Shown here piece by piece: positions 23,967 to 37,528 of a DNA stretch of 64,000 nt; within the stretch, counting starts at the first letter, position 1; the number at the start of each line of letters is the position of its first letter. The stretch lies in the NCBI GenBank assembly GCA_030295235.1, contig AP026135.1, positions 806,001 through 870,000 on the forward strand. Reading direction: 5' to 3'. The notes under the pieces were generated by a model. The model was not told the origin of the DNA, did not search any database, and saw nothing but the letters and a program-made list of their open reading frames with translations. The stretch comes from Fistulifera solaris. Lineage: Eukaryota. The translations under genes and the position numbers were made by a program.

Positions 23967-24970
23967 GTTGTTTATAGACGATGATCTGTAATTTCAGAAC
24001 GACGACAACCCTTGCTGTAAATTATCTGAACTCTTCTAGCATGTAGAAAGAAGTATGATCATTTTGTTGTTGGTTGAGAGCCATGCACCAATTTCCATCT
24101 GTTTTTCAGTAATCAGGTAAGTTGTTTGATTTCGCCCGTCCTTGCACCGTTGCCTTTGAACTGTAATCTCTAATCTCTAATCGAGGTCGAGAGTCCTGTT
24201 TATTACTGGACCAAGACGTGTATCCTTACCTCTGTTGTAGGTAGAAGTACTGGTAGGACTCTCGCTCTCCCGTCTGTGTCTCGAACATAAACAGTATACA
24301 GTGTAAGGTTACAGTTCAAGTAGTTGTTGAAGTGCAAACTGTCGAACGAAGCCCCAAGCCCATTTTTTTCCTTTCCATACTGTCTACTTGCGCCTTGTAA
24401 ACCTGCATTTTGCATGGCAAAGCTGGCGAAACGACTTGCGGGCTTGGGGTTTGTGGCTTGTGGGTAGGGATGTGGGATGTGAAAACGGGTGTGACTATCT
24501 AACGATTAATTTGACTTAAAGACTGTGGGATGTATGCAACGTGTGTGGTTATTATTTATTATACCAGGTACCCAAAACGAACAAGAAAATAAAGAATATT
24601 TTTTGATTTAAATGTGTCAAGTACAATTTCTACGTTCTTTGAACTAGTTGGATTTTTGAATAGCTACGCCGCTTTGCCCCTTGGTCTTAAAGTCACTGGG
24701 ATCAAATCAAAGATCGAAGGTAGAAAGACACGGGAACGCACCTCTCCTTACCAGGTACGGAGTAGTACATTTCTCTACAGGAGCCTACTTCAAAGTACAC
24801 AATTTCCCGCACCTTCCACAGTTCTCCAACACTCGTCCTCTTCTAGCTTCAAGTGTCAAGTGTCAAACTGTGGCGCACTTTCTTTCCTTTACCTCATTAA
24901 TTTATGCTGCACAGTTAAAAAACAAGCTTGCCTACTTCCCAACTCACCAACGAGAAAGCAATTTTTTTAA

Positions 24971-25363
24971 ATGTCAGTCGATATGGAGTTCAACCATGAA
25001 ATCATTCAGGTTCCAAATGCTTACATCTGCCCGATAACGCTCAATATAATGTCGCATCCTCTTGTCTCTAAAACGGGGAAGCATTATGAACGATCTGCCA
25101 TAATAGCGTGGCTAGTGAAGTCCAACACATGCCCCTTGACACGCCAGCCACTTTATCTCTCGCATCTTATTTCCGACCGGGCATTGGAAGAAGAACTAAA
25201 GCGTTTCAAAGAAAGACATGAGATCGCTCTGGATGAGGACCACGAAGAAGCAGATCCGTGTCACAACGATGCAAAGATGCTGTCTGTGCCATCGCTAGCT
25301 ATTCCTACCGAAAGCAGAGAAAAACTCTTCGGCGATACCAGTCTGAGCGTATTCATCGTATGA
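24971..25363 (+). CDS. Small U-box domain protein
   Basis: U-box signature VPNAYICPITLNIMSHPLV..TGKHYERSAI..WL....CPLTRQPL...LISDRAL. Confidence 0.85.
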   Translation: MSVDMEFNHEIIQVPNAYICPITLNIMSHPLVSKTGKHYERSAIIAWLVKSNTCPLTRQPLYLSHLISDRALEEELKRFKERHEIALDEDHEEADPCHNDAKMLSVPSLAIPTESREKLFGDTSLSVFIV

Positions 25364-25483
25364 TACGGGCTGCCTTGAGTTGAAAACAGTGAAGGTAGTT
25401 TTAAGGTTTTAGCCGGTCTTTGGCATTTTTTAACACCAGTGTTACCGTAGCTTCTAGTACCTGAGGGGCTCGTTTAATTAGCT

Positions 25484-27360
25484 TTACAATTCTTCATCGT
25501 CGTCTTCCTCGTCATTTACGCTGTCGAACTCGTCTGGCTCAAACAACGAATCATAGAAGCAATTTGGAGGATCTTTCACGAAGAATCGGTGATCTATGCC
25601 ACGCGGCGGCAATGCAATCACTTCACTTGAAACACAGGGTAGAGATTCCCACGCTGGAGTTATAGTCGGCACCAGCGATGCTATTGCAATGCTTTCTACT
25701 TCGGGATCGTTTTTACTTTTGCCGCAATATCCCTCTAATAATTGATGCACCCATAAGTGCTCCTCCGTGGCTGGCGGTAAAATCCCACATGGCCCATATA
25801 ATTTTTGTTCTTTCATGCGATCGGGCACATTTCTTGTCCAGAATCCAACCATGAAGGTCAAACGATGTTTAGGCTCGGAAGCTTGCGTCGCCCTAGAAAA
25901 AAGATCCGAAGTGTCCACATCCGAAATGAATCGAACCTTGTTATCCTTGGGACTCGATTTACCAGCACAAGGTAAGACACCATGGAGCCTGTTACCTGGA
26001 AAGAGGAGAAAGCTATTGTCACGAGGTTCGTTTTTCCAAGCAAATGGGGCAACCTCTTTAGAATCAGGTGACTGATTCAAAACAATAGTAGCTCCTCCAC
26101 CTTGGCAACCCCCGGTAAGGTACAGGACTGAAGACAAGATAGGATGCGTTACTTCTTTGTCTTGTGAAAGAATAGCTTCGTCCGTATCGAAATGCAGATT
26201 GTGGCCCAGATTTGCTTGAATGGGTCGGGTGTGAACCCACCACTCAGCGCCGAAAATGTTTACATCTTGTTGATTATATTTAGCAAGCTCGCACTTCGCT
26301 AGTGGCAGCAAATGTCTCACAATGACATCTTCGATCAAATTGTTGGGTTCTTGTGACTCGTTAATATCCATGAAGTAAGAATAGTATCCTCGCTTGTTGT
26401 AGCCACTTTCCTTCCAGTACGGAGCTTCCGGGGCGAACACTGTGCACAGCCGTTCATACAAAGTCTTAGGTAGCACATTTCCCTTTTCTTTTCCATAAAC
26501 GACGACTTCACTTGAAGAAGAATCATCTACCTTAGCATTGATGCCGTTCCAAAGGTTCGGGTGGAGTCGATGGGTCACCGCAAAGTACTTTAAATGGTGC
26601 TTTGCATCATCATGAAAACCCCAAGGTTGATAAGATCATCGCAGCCATAAAACGCGCAGTGCTTTCTACGTCCGATTGAGTCCAATATCCGTCGTTCTCT
26701 GCCTGTTCCTTATCTAAGCTACTCACTTCATTATCATTTTCATCTTCGCTACCGTCGTCATCCGTTGCCCATTCAACCCCAGTGACTTGATTCAAAAGGA
26801 GCAGCTCTATCCATTCCGACAATAATTCATCGGTTTGATCCTGCTTTTCCAAGAGATTAATTGCATGACTTCTTACAGCAGTCGCACATTCGGCTGCTTT
26901 ATCGTAGGCTGCCGCAATTCGGGTGGTATCGTCGGTCGTCGTGCTTATAATTTGCATACGACAAGCATTTGCCAGAATAGACCACATCGAAGCATAAAAG
27001 GGGAAGAGACGCAAGCACTCCACAAAATGTTCCTGGATCTTTATTTCCAACGTGGCGTCTTTCGACTCCAAAAAATGCGATAAGAACGAATCGGCAAGAT
27101 TCCCATGGGCCACACTGGCGAGCACTGGGAGTAACGTCTTTCGCGAATTCAGTGATACCAAATCGCACACGGGGTCTATTTCTCCAATCAATTCCAGAAT
27201 TTCCTGTAGTTCGTCAATATCGCCGTTTCCATCGTCGTCGCAGGAATCTAGGTAATCACGAAAGTGTTGCCAGACTTCATCGAGAAGAGCTACATCATGT
27301 TCCTCTACGCGTTTCTTTTTTTGCGTCGGGTCCACCAGTAGAATCGCTTTTCTGTTTCAT
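25484..27360 (-). CDS. Putative 2OG-Fe(II) oxygenase-like protein with a helical N-terminal region (apparent frameshifts at ~27316-27322 and ~26615-26618)
   Basis: C-terminal GAEWWVH..HNLHFDTDE (HxD), HPILSSVLYL, LFPGNRLHGV and RLTFMVGFW. The ORFs join as LGFHDDAKHHLKYFAVTHRL after a one-base correction. Confidence 0.7.
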
Positions 27361-27929
27361 TTTGGTAGCTTCATCGATGAAAACGATGGTTGGAGTGTAT
27401 GTAAGCTATTTTAAGATCAAGAGGCTTGACCACAGAAAGATACCGAAGAAAAAGATGCCGATGATCGCAAGAAATAAACGGACGAAAAAAGATGGAAAAA
27501 TAATGGGTGCGCTGTGCGCGTACGTCGGCCTGACACCGTGATTAGGTTCGACGGACCGGGATTCAATCCAATTGGCTGTCCCTTTTTCAACGGACGTGTC
27601 TCACAAAATATTTCGTTCGCAACGGGTGCACTTTTCTCCAGGCTGGATGTGGTTCTGTACTTAGGGAAGTAAATTAGATCAGAATATTTATTTTGTGATT
27701 ATGCGACAGAATGACATTATTTACATAGAAAGCTTTGTTTTGCGCCGCACCGCAAGAACACTATTATTTTACATGTGGAGGTGGATTGTTAGAGCGAAAA
27801 CTCCACACACTCTCTTTGCGCGACGTTTGTAACAATCATCATTGGTGTTCGTGTGATTCATTGTTATTTACGTTATTCAAATCTCAACTCTGTGAAGCGT
27901 GTACTTTACGCAGCGGCTTTGTTTGAGGT

Positions 27930-30899
27930 ATGTCGTTGTCCAACAATAGTACTAGCATGCCGTCTCTGTACGACACAAGCGCTTCGGCGTCATCGACAGG
28001 ATCGCGCAGTTCCGGATTCTTCCCAAAATCCCATCCCAAGCCAGAAGCTTCCTATTACAATCAATACAGTCTTGCATCTGCAGCGAAAAATGCGTCGTTT
28101 CGTGAACGGGTGTCGCATTCTGAACTTGGAGTGGCGGAAATTACAGAGCGCAAATTTGTCTCCTACCGGCCTAGCTCGACTAGACATCGTCAGCAACACA
28201 TGTACGCTGCATCAGAGCCCGGGATGGCACGACCTCAGTCAAGTTTTACAGATTCGGCTCGTTTTAAAGGATACTTTACTAGTAATGTTGCGAATGAGCA
28301 GGACCATCCGAGTGAAAGGGGCGGAATCAAAGATAAAGTTGATTTTCAGCAAAACCACGTGCAGCAGTCTCCAGAACTCCATCCTAGTCGGGGAAGATCA
28401 CCAGATACTTACAGGAACACAAGTCGAATCACTGACGGTCAGTATTCGAGCTTCATTGAACGGAGTCGGAGTCTTTCGTCGAATCGGTTGTCGGGTAATT
28501 TTCGCATTGAACCTGCGTCAAATAACCCTTTGGAAACTACCAAAGAAGGCAAACAACGAGCCACTTACCGCAGCTCAAGTCCCCCGCCGCGTCGAAACAG
28601 CCAAACTGTGGATCAACAGCTTTATGACGAATCGTCGTTGACGATGAGCTCGTCAAAGGAACACGAAGAGGCTAGCAATACACGTGTATCCGCCGAATCT
28701 CCCCCCTCCAAATGCAGCGAAACTAACTTATTACGGACGAGCTGAAATTGAAACGCCGACACCAACAACTGTAAGGGATTTGGAAACAAAGGCTGTGGGA
28801 CTCTGACGAAACGCTCCATCATTGGCACGCCCAAAACGAAAGACTCCAAAAATCACACATTGAACCGCGACGCTTAGGTTATTCAGTTGCAGCCAAGTCC
28901 CCGAGTAGTCCTCAAGTGGAGGATTCTACGGAGAGCTTGACTGCAACTAGCAATACGCGTCGTACGCTTGCCCGATCGATCTCGCCCAGGCCTGTCCGAT
29001 TGAGAGAGCCCGCCGGTCATTCGCTCCTCCTTAATTGGCGTTATTCTCAAGCTGCCGCACGCGTTGCTTCTCGTTCGCCCTCTCGTAGAAAGTCTGCGGC
29101 ACAGAGCGCTTCACCCGCCCGCACAAATTCCTTTGCGGAGTCTGTTCAATCCGAGTTGCAACCGCGAGACCTAGCCAACTCACAAAGTAATTCAAAGGAC
29201 GTACACGACGGACCCCAGACTCGTCCTCAAGCACCAGTAGCGAATAAAGAAACAAAGGCAGAAAGTGAAGTCACAGCTGTCATGGCTAATAAGGCAGTAG
29301 CTTCTCTCATGGCGCGAATAAGTGCCGTCAGAAGGAGCGACCCGGCTGAAGCTCTCGCGCAAATTGACGCAATTCTGTCTTCCGAAAATGCCAGTTTGGT
29401 AACAGCGCGAGAGGAAATTGCGCCTACACGGCATGTCGGTGATTCAGTTGATGAACAGGAAGTTTCAGTGACACAGCCCCAGCACGTGGCTCAACAATCA
29501 ATGGTTGGGCATCTCGACGAAGAATCGTCAATCGCGGCAACATCTGTTTCATCCATGACCAACCCTACGTATCAAGGTCCTAGCACTCATCGAAACGAAG
29601 TAGTTTCATTCAGCAATAAGCCTTCGCTCTTGCAAGCTTATGGTCTCATTGGCCGAAAGGAGAGGTTTCGATCGATGAGCGAACACCGCAAGAGTGTCGC
29701 ACCGCCTTCCACAATATCGCTCTCTAGTAAAGATAAAGTGCGTTTTGGTGAATCGGTTCGGCAGCGATCTTCAGACTTTCCACCGATAATGCCTTCCAAC
29801 TCAGCTGAGCTGGTTGATAAGATAAGACGATGGGACGAGATAAGCGCCACGGATATTAAAGGAGCGAGGTCGGAAGACTCTCGGTATCCGATTGAACCTG
29901 ATGGCCGTGCGCTAAGTACCACAGGCAACAGACGTCGTGCTCATCCTTGGGATTCTTCATTGTCTGGGCAATTGGGTGGAAAAAATGCACCAGGCGAAAA
30001 TGCTACCAGGTCTTCTAGCTGGATGAAAGCGTCCAAGCCTAAATATACTTCACAAGAGAGAGTCACGAGCTTTCCGACTGATCGCTATTTTGATGAAGAA
30101 TCAAATAGTATTCAAGCGTTTCCATCCGAGTACTCCGAGGACGAGTTAGAGACCGACCTCAAATCGGATAATTTAGCCACGAGGCAAGCAAATCAAACTA
30201 CAGCAAAGCAACAGCATGATACGGAGACAATACTATTCGATTCAACGTGGGTTTCGTTACCCGAGTCATCATTTTTCCGGGATGTGGCTGCACCCACGCG
30301 GACTGCGCGTGAAACCGCAACAACGCCGCCTCGACTAAGCGGGTCGTCTTTTGAAGACCACGACGATCTGGCTTCCCCAGATTACGCGTTTAGACTTGAA
30401 CGAGCGCCTAGACAACCCGACGTTTCGTCGCCGAGCCCGCCGTCTCGTTTGGTCCGATCCGAGGAAGGAGATCATCGTCGCATGCAGACCTTCTCACCAC
30501 AAACACGCCAACCAACTCGGGATTTTCACTCCTTATCTCCACGCGCCATCCGGAAAGATCGCGATTTGCGGCGTTCAAACTCCGGGGATGACTCTTCAAC
30601 AGAGTACAGAGAAGAAGACACTCTTCTGAATAAACCAAAGTCTCGTGGCTTGCGTAGTTTTCTGCTCAAGCGCCGCACTTTCATAGGGTAGCACTCTCGC
30701 TGCGCTCGATGAAGATACATCACTCTTAAGCCAAAAGTCAGATTTGCTTGCCTTTGATGTTGAGCTTCCCCCGCCATTGCAGAATCGAGGTCGTCGCCTT
30801 GCCTTGACGCAGGACCGAGCACGTTCGCGATCGTTAGACGATAGTCGAAGCCGCAATCCCAACATTGCCAAGAAGTTTGGGCGGCTGCTGAGAGTCTAG
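27930..30899 (+). CDS. Large Ser/Arg/Pro-rich, probably disordered hypothetical protein (three apparent frameshifts)
   Basis: ORFs 27930-28745 and 28916-30691 join through TVRDLKQRLWDSDE. After correction at 30686-30688 the frame runs to ...NPNIAKKFGRLLRV* at 30899. Confidence 0.6.
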
Positions 30900-31174
30900 G
30901 GAAAAGAATAGGTTATAGGAAATGTTCTAAAATGCTTCCCTTTTTCATGACACGCATTACAACATCTAGTTTTTTAGTGTTGTTTGCACAGTTCTAGGTC
31001 CATGTTTGATGTTTGATGTCGGAGTGCGACTGAAATGTGGAAACACAATAAGCCTTACAGTACTACTAAAGAACGCACAAGCATTGTGCAAAGGACCGAA
31101 TTTGCATTTCATTTATCTTTACTCTAGACAATAACTTCTTTACACTTCTCTTTTGATAACACGCAACACTTACC

Positions 31175-31521
31175 ATGCACCCGCTTGTACGAAACCTCTA
31201 CAAGCGGGTACTTAGCGTGGGTCATGATTACCCAATGGGTATGAAACACGTCCGAGATGTCTGGAAGAAATCGTTACGAAATCCGCAAAATTGCCCGTCG
31301 TGTTACGACCAAAAGGAAAGCTTAATCTACAAGATCCGGCTTGTCAGGAAGAAATACTATTTGCAGTTCATCGAGGGAGAAAGATGATCCAAGAAATGAT
31401 TGGGGTCATTCAGTTGAAGAAATACCGTGCGATGAAGACAAGATATGGAAACGTCGATACGGATCTTTCTCGCTCGCTCGAAGTTCTTCAAAGAGAAGAA
31501 GAAGAGCAATCAACTTCTTGA
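31175..31521 (+). CDS. LYR-motif protein (Complex1_LYR family) (apparent frameshift at 31311-31314)
   Basis: Motifs VRNLYKRVL.VGHDYP and AVHRGRKMIQEMIGVIQLKKYRAMKTRY. Confidence 0.8.
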
Positions 31522-31686
31522 CGCCGTGTGAGATTTATCATGAGTGAGCGTGTCTGATTGATTACCTAACAAAATGTATAACTAGCCATTTTTTAGACCA
31601 TTGAAACAAGCAGATCTCGTTCATTTTACAGTAACGAAGTACCATCAACTACGCAACAAAATAAAAAGAGCTACTAGATGATCAGC

Positions 31687-33529
31687 TTAACGGGGTGTAG
31701 GTTGGTTGTCTTTTGGATCCACTTTTCCTTCTTCCAGCTCGGGTACGGTGTTAGGCTGACGGGTTAAACCGATCACACGTTCCCACGTTCGACCACGAGC
31801 ATTCATCGACCGAGGACTTGTAGCCACGAGCTCAGGAATGGGGAGGAACACCATGCGGTTGTTGCAAAGTCCTACGGAGAAACCGGTGTAACCAGCCTAA
31901 ATCAATCAAGCAAAAACAACAGAATAGTGAGTACATGCGTGAGCCAGTAGCAACATCATGTCGTCTGCTTTTTATCATCGTACCATGGCACCGTGAACGG
32001 CATTTTGAGCCAGTTGCATGCAATAAAGCGAGTCAGCAGCATTCGCAGGGACGGTGCGAACCGTGTACGACGGATCAATGTATTTAACGGTTGCTGTTTC
32101 TCCGTGCTTTTTGAAGTATTCTTCAATCGACTTTTTCATAAATTCACCAATCGCCGGAAGCTTCTTGTTGCCGCTAGCATCTACTTCGGTGGAAGTTCCC
32201 AACACTTCTTCACCGGCTCCTTCCGCTACAACTACTACCGCATATCCTTGTTGTTTGACTCGTCTCATGAGATGAGGAAGACACCCTCTTCGCCGTCTAG
32301 AACGACTGGGACTTCCGGAACAAGACACTTTCAAAGCAACACTAAGGTGAGAATCACGAACAGCAACGGGAGATTAAAGAGTATACGAGGCAATCAACGC
32401 ACCAAATCGACGTCAGAACTAGCCATGGTCGAATGTGCGGCAATAAATCCCGCCGAACGTCCCATTAGCTTGACAATACCGATACCATTCGGCAGATTAC
32501 AGACTGCTTCCGTTTTGGCCGATCGAATGGCGACTTGCGCAGCTTCTACGGCACTTTGGAATCCGAAACTCTGATCAATGTAGTCTACATCATTGTCGAT
32601 TGTTTTGGGGATACCTGCGACCGCCACATTGTATCCACGCTCGATGCATCCTTCATGGATACGGAAAGCCCCACGGTGCGTTCCATCTCCACCGATCACA
32701 AAGAGCTGAGAGATTTTGCGATCCCGTACAAAGTCAAGAATCTTATCGAGATCAAAACCCCCTCGGGAACTTCCCAATACTGTACCACCCCCGTGATGAA
32801 TGTTCTCCACCAAATCCAAAGTCAATTCGACCGGTTCGAGTTCCGGATCCCAGAATCCTCGATAGCCACCCCGAATGCCGTAGACTTTTCCACCAATCGC
32901 GTACAACTGATAGAGCGATTTGGTAATTTCTCGAATGACATTATTGAGTCCAGGACACAATCCCCCGCACGTGACAATGGCCGCATTGACGTGCGCCGGA
33001 TCAAAGTGCAAATACCTTCGGGGCCCCGCCCGCATGTACGCCACTGTATTGGTCTGTTGGTTGGGTTTGCGCACAACATCACCCAAAAATGCATTCGTGA
33101 TCGGTAATGAGTTTGTTGTATTGCGTAATGATTTCTGTCGAATTCTTGCGTTGCAGGGTAGTCGATGCGAGCGGATGAATGGTTTCGTATTGAAAGTGCA
33201 TATGATTCGCGACATTCGCCGACGCAAAGGATTTGCGCAAATCTTGACATTCCCACAAAAAGACTTTATCAATAAAGACATCATCAATCAATGTACCGGA
33301 TGAAGGTTCTTTCATCGTTTTGCGGGCTTCGGCGGTTTTTTTCTTTGAGTAGTTTTTCGCGTTGATATTGCTTCCAAGCGCGGGCGCGTTCCTTGGATTG
33401 TTCGTACCGCGTCGTCAATAGGTAAGTCGTGGCGGCGGTGGCGGCGACCAGTGCTGCCGAGAAAGCAACGAATGCGGTTGTACTGTCTTTCGAAGAAAGA
33501 GTCGTCGTCGTCGTCGTCGTCGTCGTCAT
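31687..33529 (-). CDS. PFK: ATP-dependent 6-phosphofructokinase with an N-terminal hydrophobic segment (introns 32328-32402, 31897-31983; three apparent frameshifts)
   Basis: Motifs RAGPR, AAIVTCGGLCPGLNNVIR, GGTVLGSSRGG, IGGDGT, GIPKTIDND, KLMGRSAGF and KYIDPSY. The last exon ends QPTPR* at 31687. Confidence 0.92.
33500..33527. repeat. (GTC)n microsatellite encoding poly-Thr at the PFK N-terminus
   Basis: Direct reading of gtcgtcgtc..., about 9 units. Confidence 0.85.
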
Positions 33530-33881
33530 GTTCGTATAATGCTGATGAGAATGCGCGAAGGAAATCGAACAATACCAGTAAGGTTGTGATGGATGAAAGA
33601 GAACATGATTTGCTTCGCGCGCTGTGGAGGGACGAAGAAGATATTCGTTTTACTACGTCATCGTCTGCGACTGTATCTTCGAACAGTGAAAAAAACTGTA
33701 AACCTTATTCTTTCGAAGGACAACAAGATGAGAAGCGTTCCCACACAATAACCCCCCCCCCCCCCCCCCCCCTTTTTTTTTACAATGTTATTTTTCAATA
33801 CGCGTCATTTTTCCCATCATATTATACATCATATCTCTGGATCTTCGGTGATTGCTGTTCCCATCTTTCCCCTTTGCAAGA

Positions 33882-34619
33882 ATGAAGTTCATAATACGAG
33901 TTAAACTGGCCGGGGCGTTGTTCTGCGGACAATCCGCTGGGTTCATTGCTCGTCGTCCTGTCTCTTCCGTTTTCTGGAATTCGTATTCGTCAACTGCAAA
34001 CAATCCACTTGTGATACATCCGTTTCTCTTATACAGCCAAAAGAACAATCGAAATGATCTAGAACCGCAACAGCAAAATGAGGATGAAGATTCACCCGTA
34101 CTGGTCGATGCCATTGACCTTCTAATCGATTTCGTGTCGACACCAACACCCCTCGTCCCATCCCTCGCGTTGGGGTTCCCGGTGGCACTCCTACTGGTAA
34201 CCATCACCCAATCGTGGTCGAATACTGTCACGACGGTCATTTTGTTTACCTTCTTGGCGTGGTTCGGTCGTTCGGTGGCACTCGACGAAGATGGAGTCGA
34301 GGAGTCTGGTGATGCCACACCGACAATGTCGACCGTAGGACTCGATGCTTTGGCCTTTCTGACGGCCATAGGAACCGCGCAATTACTGGTACCGAGTGAG
34401 GACGAAGGTTTCCTAGATTGGGGGGTTTTGACAGGTGTCTCGTTCGCCGTGTTGGCAGTTGTGCAAGTCCTCCGGACTCCACTTCCGAAAGATACACCCG
34501 AAGAGCGTCTCATGGATCGATGGGATGATCGATTTCGTCAAAATCGAAAAGTCAATGGGCAAAAGAAAAAGAGCGCAATCGGTAAAATGACGAACAAGAA
34601 GAAGGACAAGAAGAAGTGA
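33882..34619 (+). CDS. Hypothetical multi-pass membrane protein, probably plastid-targeted
   Basis: MKFIIRVKLAGALFCGQSAG-F signal with an ASAFAP-like site, and about four hydrophobic segments. Confidence 0.65.
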   Translation: MKFIIRVKLAGALFCGQSAGFIARRPVSSVFWNSYSSTANNPLVIHPFLLYSQKNNRNDLEPQQQNEDEDSPVLVDAIDLLIDFVSTPTPLVPSLALGFPVALLLVTITQSWSNTVTTVILFTFLAWFGRSVALDEDGVEESGDATPTMSTVGLDALAFLTAIGTAQLLVPSEDEGFLDWGVLTGVSFAVLAVVQVLRTPLPKDTPEERLMDRWDDRFRQNRKVNGQKKKSAIGKMTNKKKDKKK

Positions 34620-34883
34620 GAGGCGTTGGGTGCTGCGATGGGAGTCTATAAATTTTGAGTCCTCTTGAACTATGATTTCATAAGCGCTAGAATTCATAAC
34701 GAAATAGTCCGTCGAAAGTTTAATCAGCTTTCAACGAAAGTTTCAACGAAAGGTAAAAGACTATGCACAAATCAAGCTTTCGGCATTACAAATGATTAGA
34801 ATTGAACGAAAGGGAAAGGCTTTTAATAACGTGAAAAGATTCATTCCCTGTTTGAAGGAACCCTATCCCCTCGTTTTCACTGA

Positions 34884-36449
34884 TTATCCCGACCGAATGG
34901 CGGAAATGGATTCTACCGTCATACACACTGCCGACACGGCCACCACAATACCAATGGAAAAAGCAATGTACGAAGGTCGATCGTGTCGCTTCATCAAAAA
35001 CGACATGATGCTTTGTCCGAACATGGTAGAGAGGAATCCAATGGCGAAGCAAACTACGGCATAGTCGTATTGCACAAACCCATACATGCAGTAACGAATG
35101 GTGGCGGTAGCACTGGTAAAAGAATCATGGCGGCTGTGGTAGCCGAAGCCACCGTCGGGTGCACGTTTAACTCCAACATGAGTGGCCCTTTGACCATGCC
35201 GCCGCCTGCGAGAAAGATAAGTGAGCGCGTGTACACATAATCAACCTCTACCAACTCAGCCACAAGCAAACGTACCGATTCCAAACAATCCCGCTACAAT
35301 CCCTGCTAAAATGGCATACATGGGATAATGAATGGTATTCGAGTCGTCCCAATCAATGTCCGACAAAATGGGTCCACCCTGCACACCTACGCGATGCAAA
35401 ATCGACGTCCGCGTCCAGACACCAAACAACACAATGATCACCAGCATTGACAATTGACTGTACCAATGGCAGCGAATGTCACACTGTGGGAGTCTGAAGA
35501 TATTTCCTGAGCTCTCTCCTCCTTCAGATCGCCCTTCCAGTAATGAAAGAACGGTAATAATAGCAAAGAGCACGGTCATTTTGCAGATTGACTTCCAAAC
35601 TTCATTTCTCAACTCAAAATTGGATGGTGATTCAGCTTCTCCGTGCGGCACGGACAAGGCACCGTACGTGGTGTCCTTAGCTAACATTGACTTGGTTTCG
35701 TCTGATTGCTCATGTTGAGAGGATGCTCGTTGTTGTTCTTGTAGTCGTTTCGTTTCCTTATCATACAACTGCATGGCTTTCGTAAGTGTTTTGTAGGCCG
35801 TAAATACAAGTAGTGCCAATAAGAGTACAATCAAAACAATACTGGGTAGTACAGCATTCAATGCTGCTCCAGGACCGTCCCCGCCATGGCGGGTGGTTCC
35901 AATTGCAACAACAAATCCCAATCGACCGACGGACGTTTGGGTTGCGTCGTATTGCGTTTTTCATCGTCGGGATGTGACTTGGAGTAGTTCACCAGGTTAT
36001 TGGCGACCGCGCCACCGAGGACTGTTACCCCCGACAAGGATATGGCGTATTTGACGGGGAACTTGAGGATGAGAATGTAAATGGGTACTAGGATACCGCC
36101 TCCGCCAATTCCACCTATAATGCAAGACAAAAGAGGATCATGAGTGTGAAGCGGAGGTAATCATACCGACGAGAACAAAAAAGTACACGTCAAAAGACAT
36201 ACCTCCCGCGGCAATTACTAAACCCAAAATAGCCAAAAAGAAGCCCCAATAGTCTTTGCCATGCAAGGGAAAGAGTGGATCTAGAGTTACACGGTCATCA
36301 ATGAGTGTCAGAACACGCTGTGAGATGTCGCCCTTATCTTGGTGAATAATTACTGCAGTCATTCCTCCGATGATCAAGGAAAGACAGAGGAGTCCTCTTG
36401 CGGCGATTACGTGAGGAGTTTTGTACTGGTGATGATGATGACTTGTCAT
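34884..36449 (-). CDS. Sulfite exporter TauE/SafE family membrane protein (introns 36115-36202, 35206-35275; two apparent frameshifts)
   Basis: Motifs AAGGGIGGGGILVPIY, RPSVDWDL, AGIVAGLFGIGGGMVKGPLMLEL.VHP.VASATTA.MI and RPSYIAFSIG. Confidence 0.88.
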
Positions 36450-37528
36450 TGTGAGATAGACTTTGGAACGTCCTTTTTTGTCTACGAAGGGAGTGCGGAT
36501 CGGGGAATGCTTTTGCGCTGTATGAATAACCAAAGGTGCTCTGCAAGACGAAAACAATGACGGATATTCACAAACGAATAGCAAATAAAAGCAACAAGGG
36601 TGATGGGTGATGAATCTCCCAGACGTGCTTGGCATTTGTTGTCAGGACGATGATGTGTGATGTGTTCGATCTTTTCTGTCGTTTTATTACGCGGTGCATC
36701 ATCGCGGTTCGCGGTCTCTCGCGACTCGCGAGGTCTTAAAATTCATTCTTGGATCGTCGTGACTGCATTCCCTCGTTGCGGTGATCCTTCGTCCTTCAAG
36801 GAGAAATAATAATAATCGCTTCAATTCACCTCCGTTCGCTCTGCTAGCTTGATAGTCTCATAAGCAAAAGCAAAAAGCAAAAAGTACAATGTAAAATACA
36901 ATTAATTTTACTTTAGCAGCGTTTGCAAATCACCTCTTGGCGAAATTCCTCAGAAAATAATATTGTTGTCCTTTCTATTATTCACTACCACTTTCATCAT
37001 TAATTTGTTTCCGAGCCAGACTGCAACCTACAACCTCGATTCGGTGGGCAAGGATGGTGAACAATTTTTCGCTATCACAATACAACTCCCATCAGCATCA
37101 TTTGCAATGCGTCGCCTCTAAAAAATGTCAATCATCCTAGGGGAAAGTTGTCATTTTTTTAAAATGCTATAGGCCAAAGTGTAGTCTTGAGACGATCGGT
37201 GGTCCCCGGTCGTGTCTGAATTAGACAGGACCTAGAGAGGTGGATTTTATCCTCAGTCCACAGCCCACTGGGTCAATTGTGTTTCTCTAACGTGTATAGT
37301 AAAGTCTAGCTATTTTTGTGTCACTGCATTTCAGTGATGAATCAAAACTTGTCGATGGACTATAAACCAAAGTGTTGGCGGCACTTCACCACGACTGCTT
37401 TATTTCAGTCGCGATTAAAGTTCAGAGATGACAGTTTACAAGTATCGGCACCAATACAAGTAATTATTCAGTTGCATCGTTTGCATTCATTCATTATTTA
37501 TTTATTTTTAATACAATTCGATGTCCTG

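Noticed and set aside
23406..23984. Long antisense ORF over RPL12, and similar shadow ORFs over PFK, UGGT and the RS-rich gene
   Set aside because: These are opposite-strand by-products of codon bias with no recognisable protein features.
33752..33781. Long poly-C followed by poly-T tract
   Set aside because: Simple homopolymer in a divergent intergenic gap, and its length is unreliable in this assembly.
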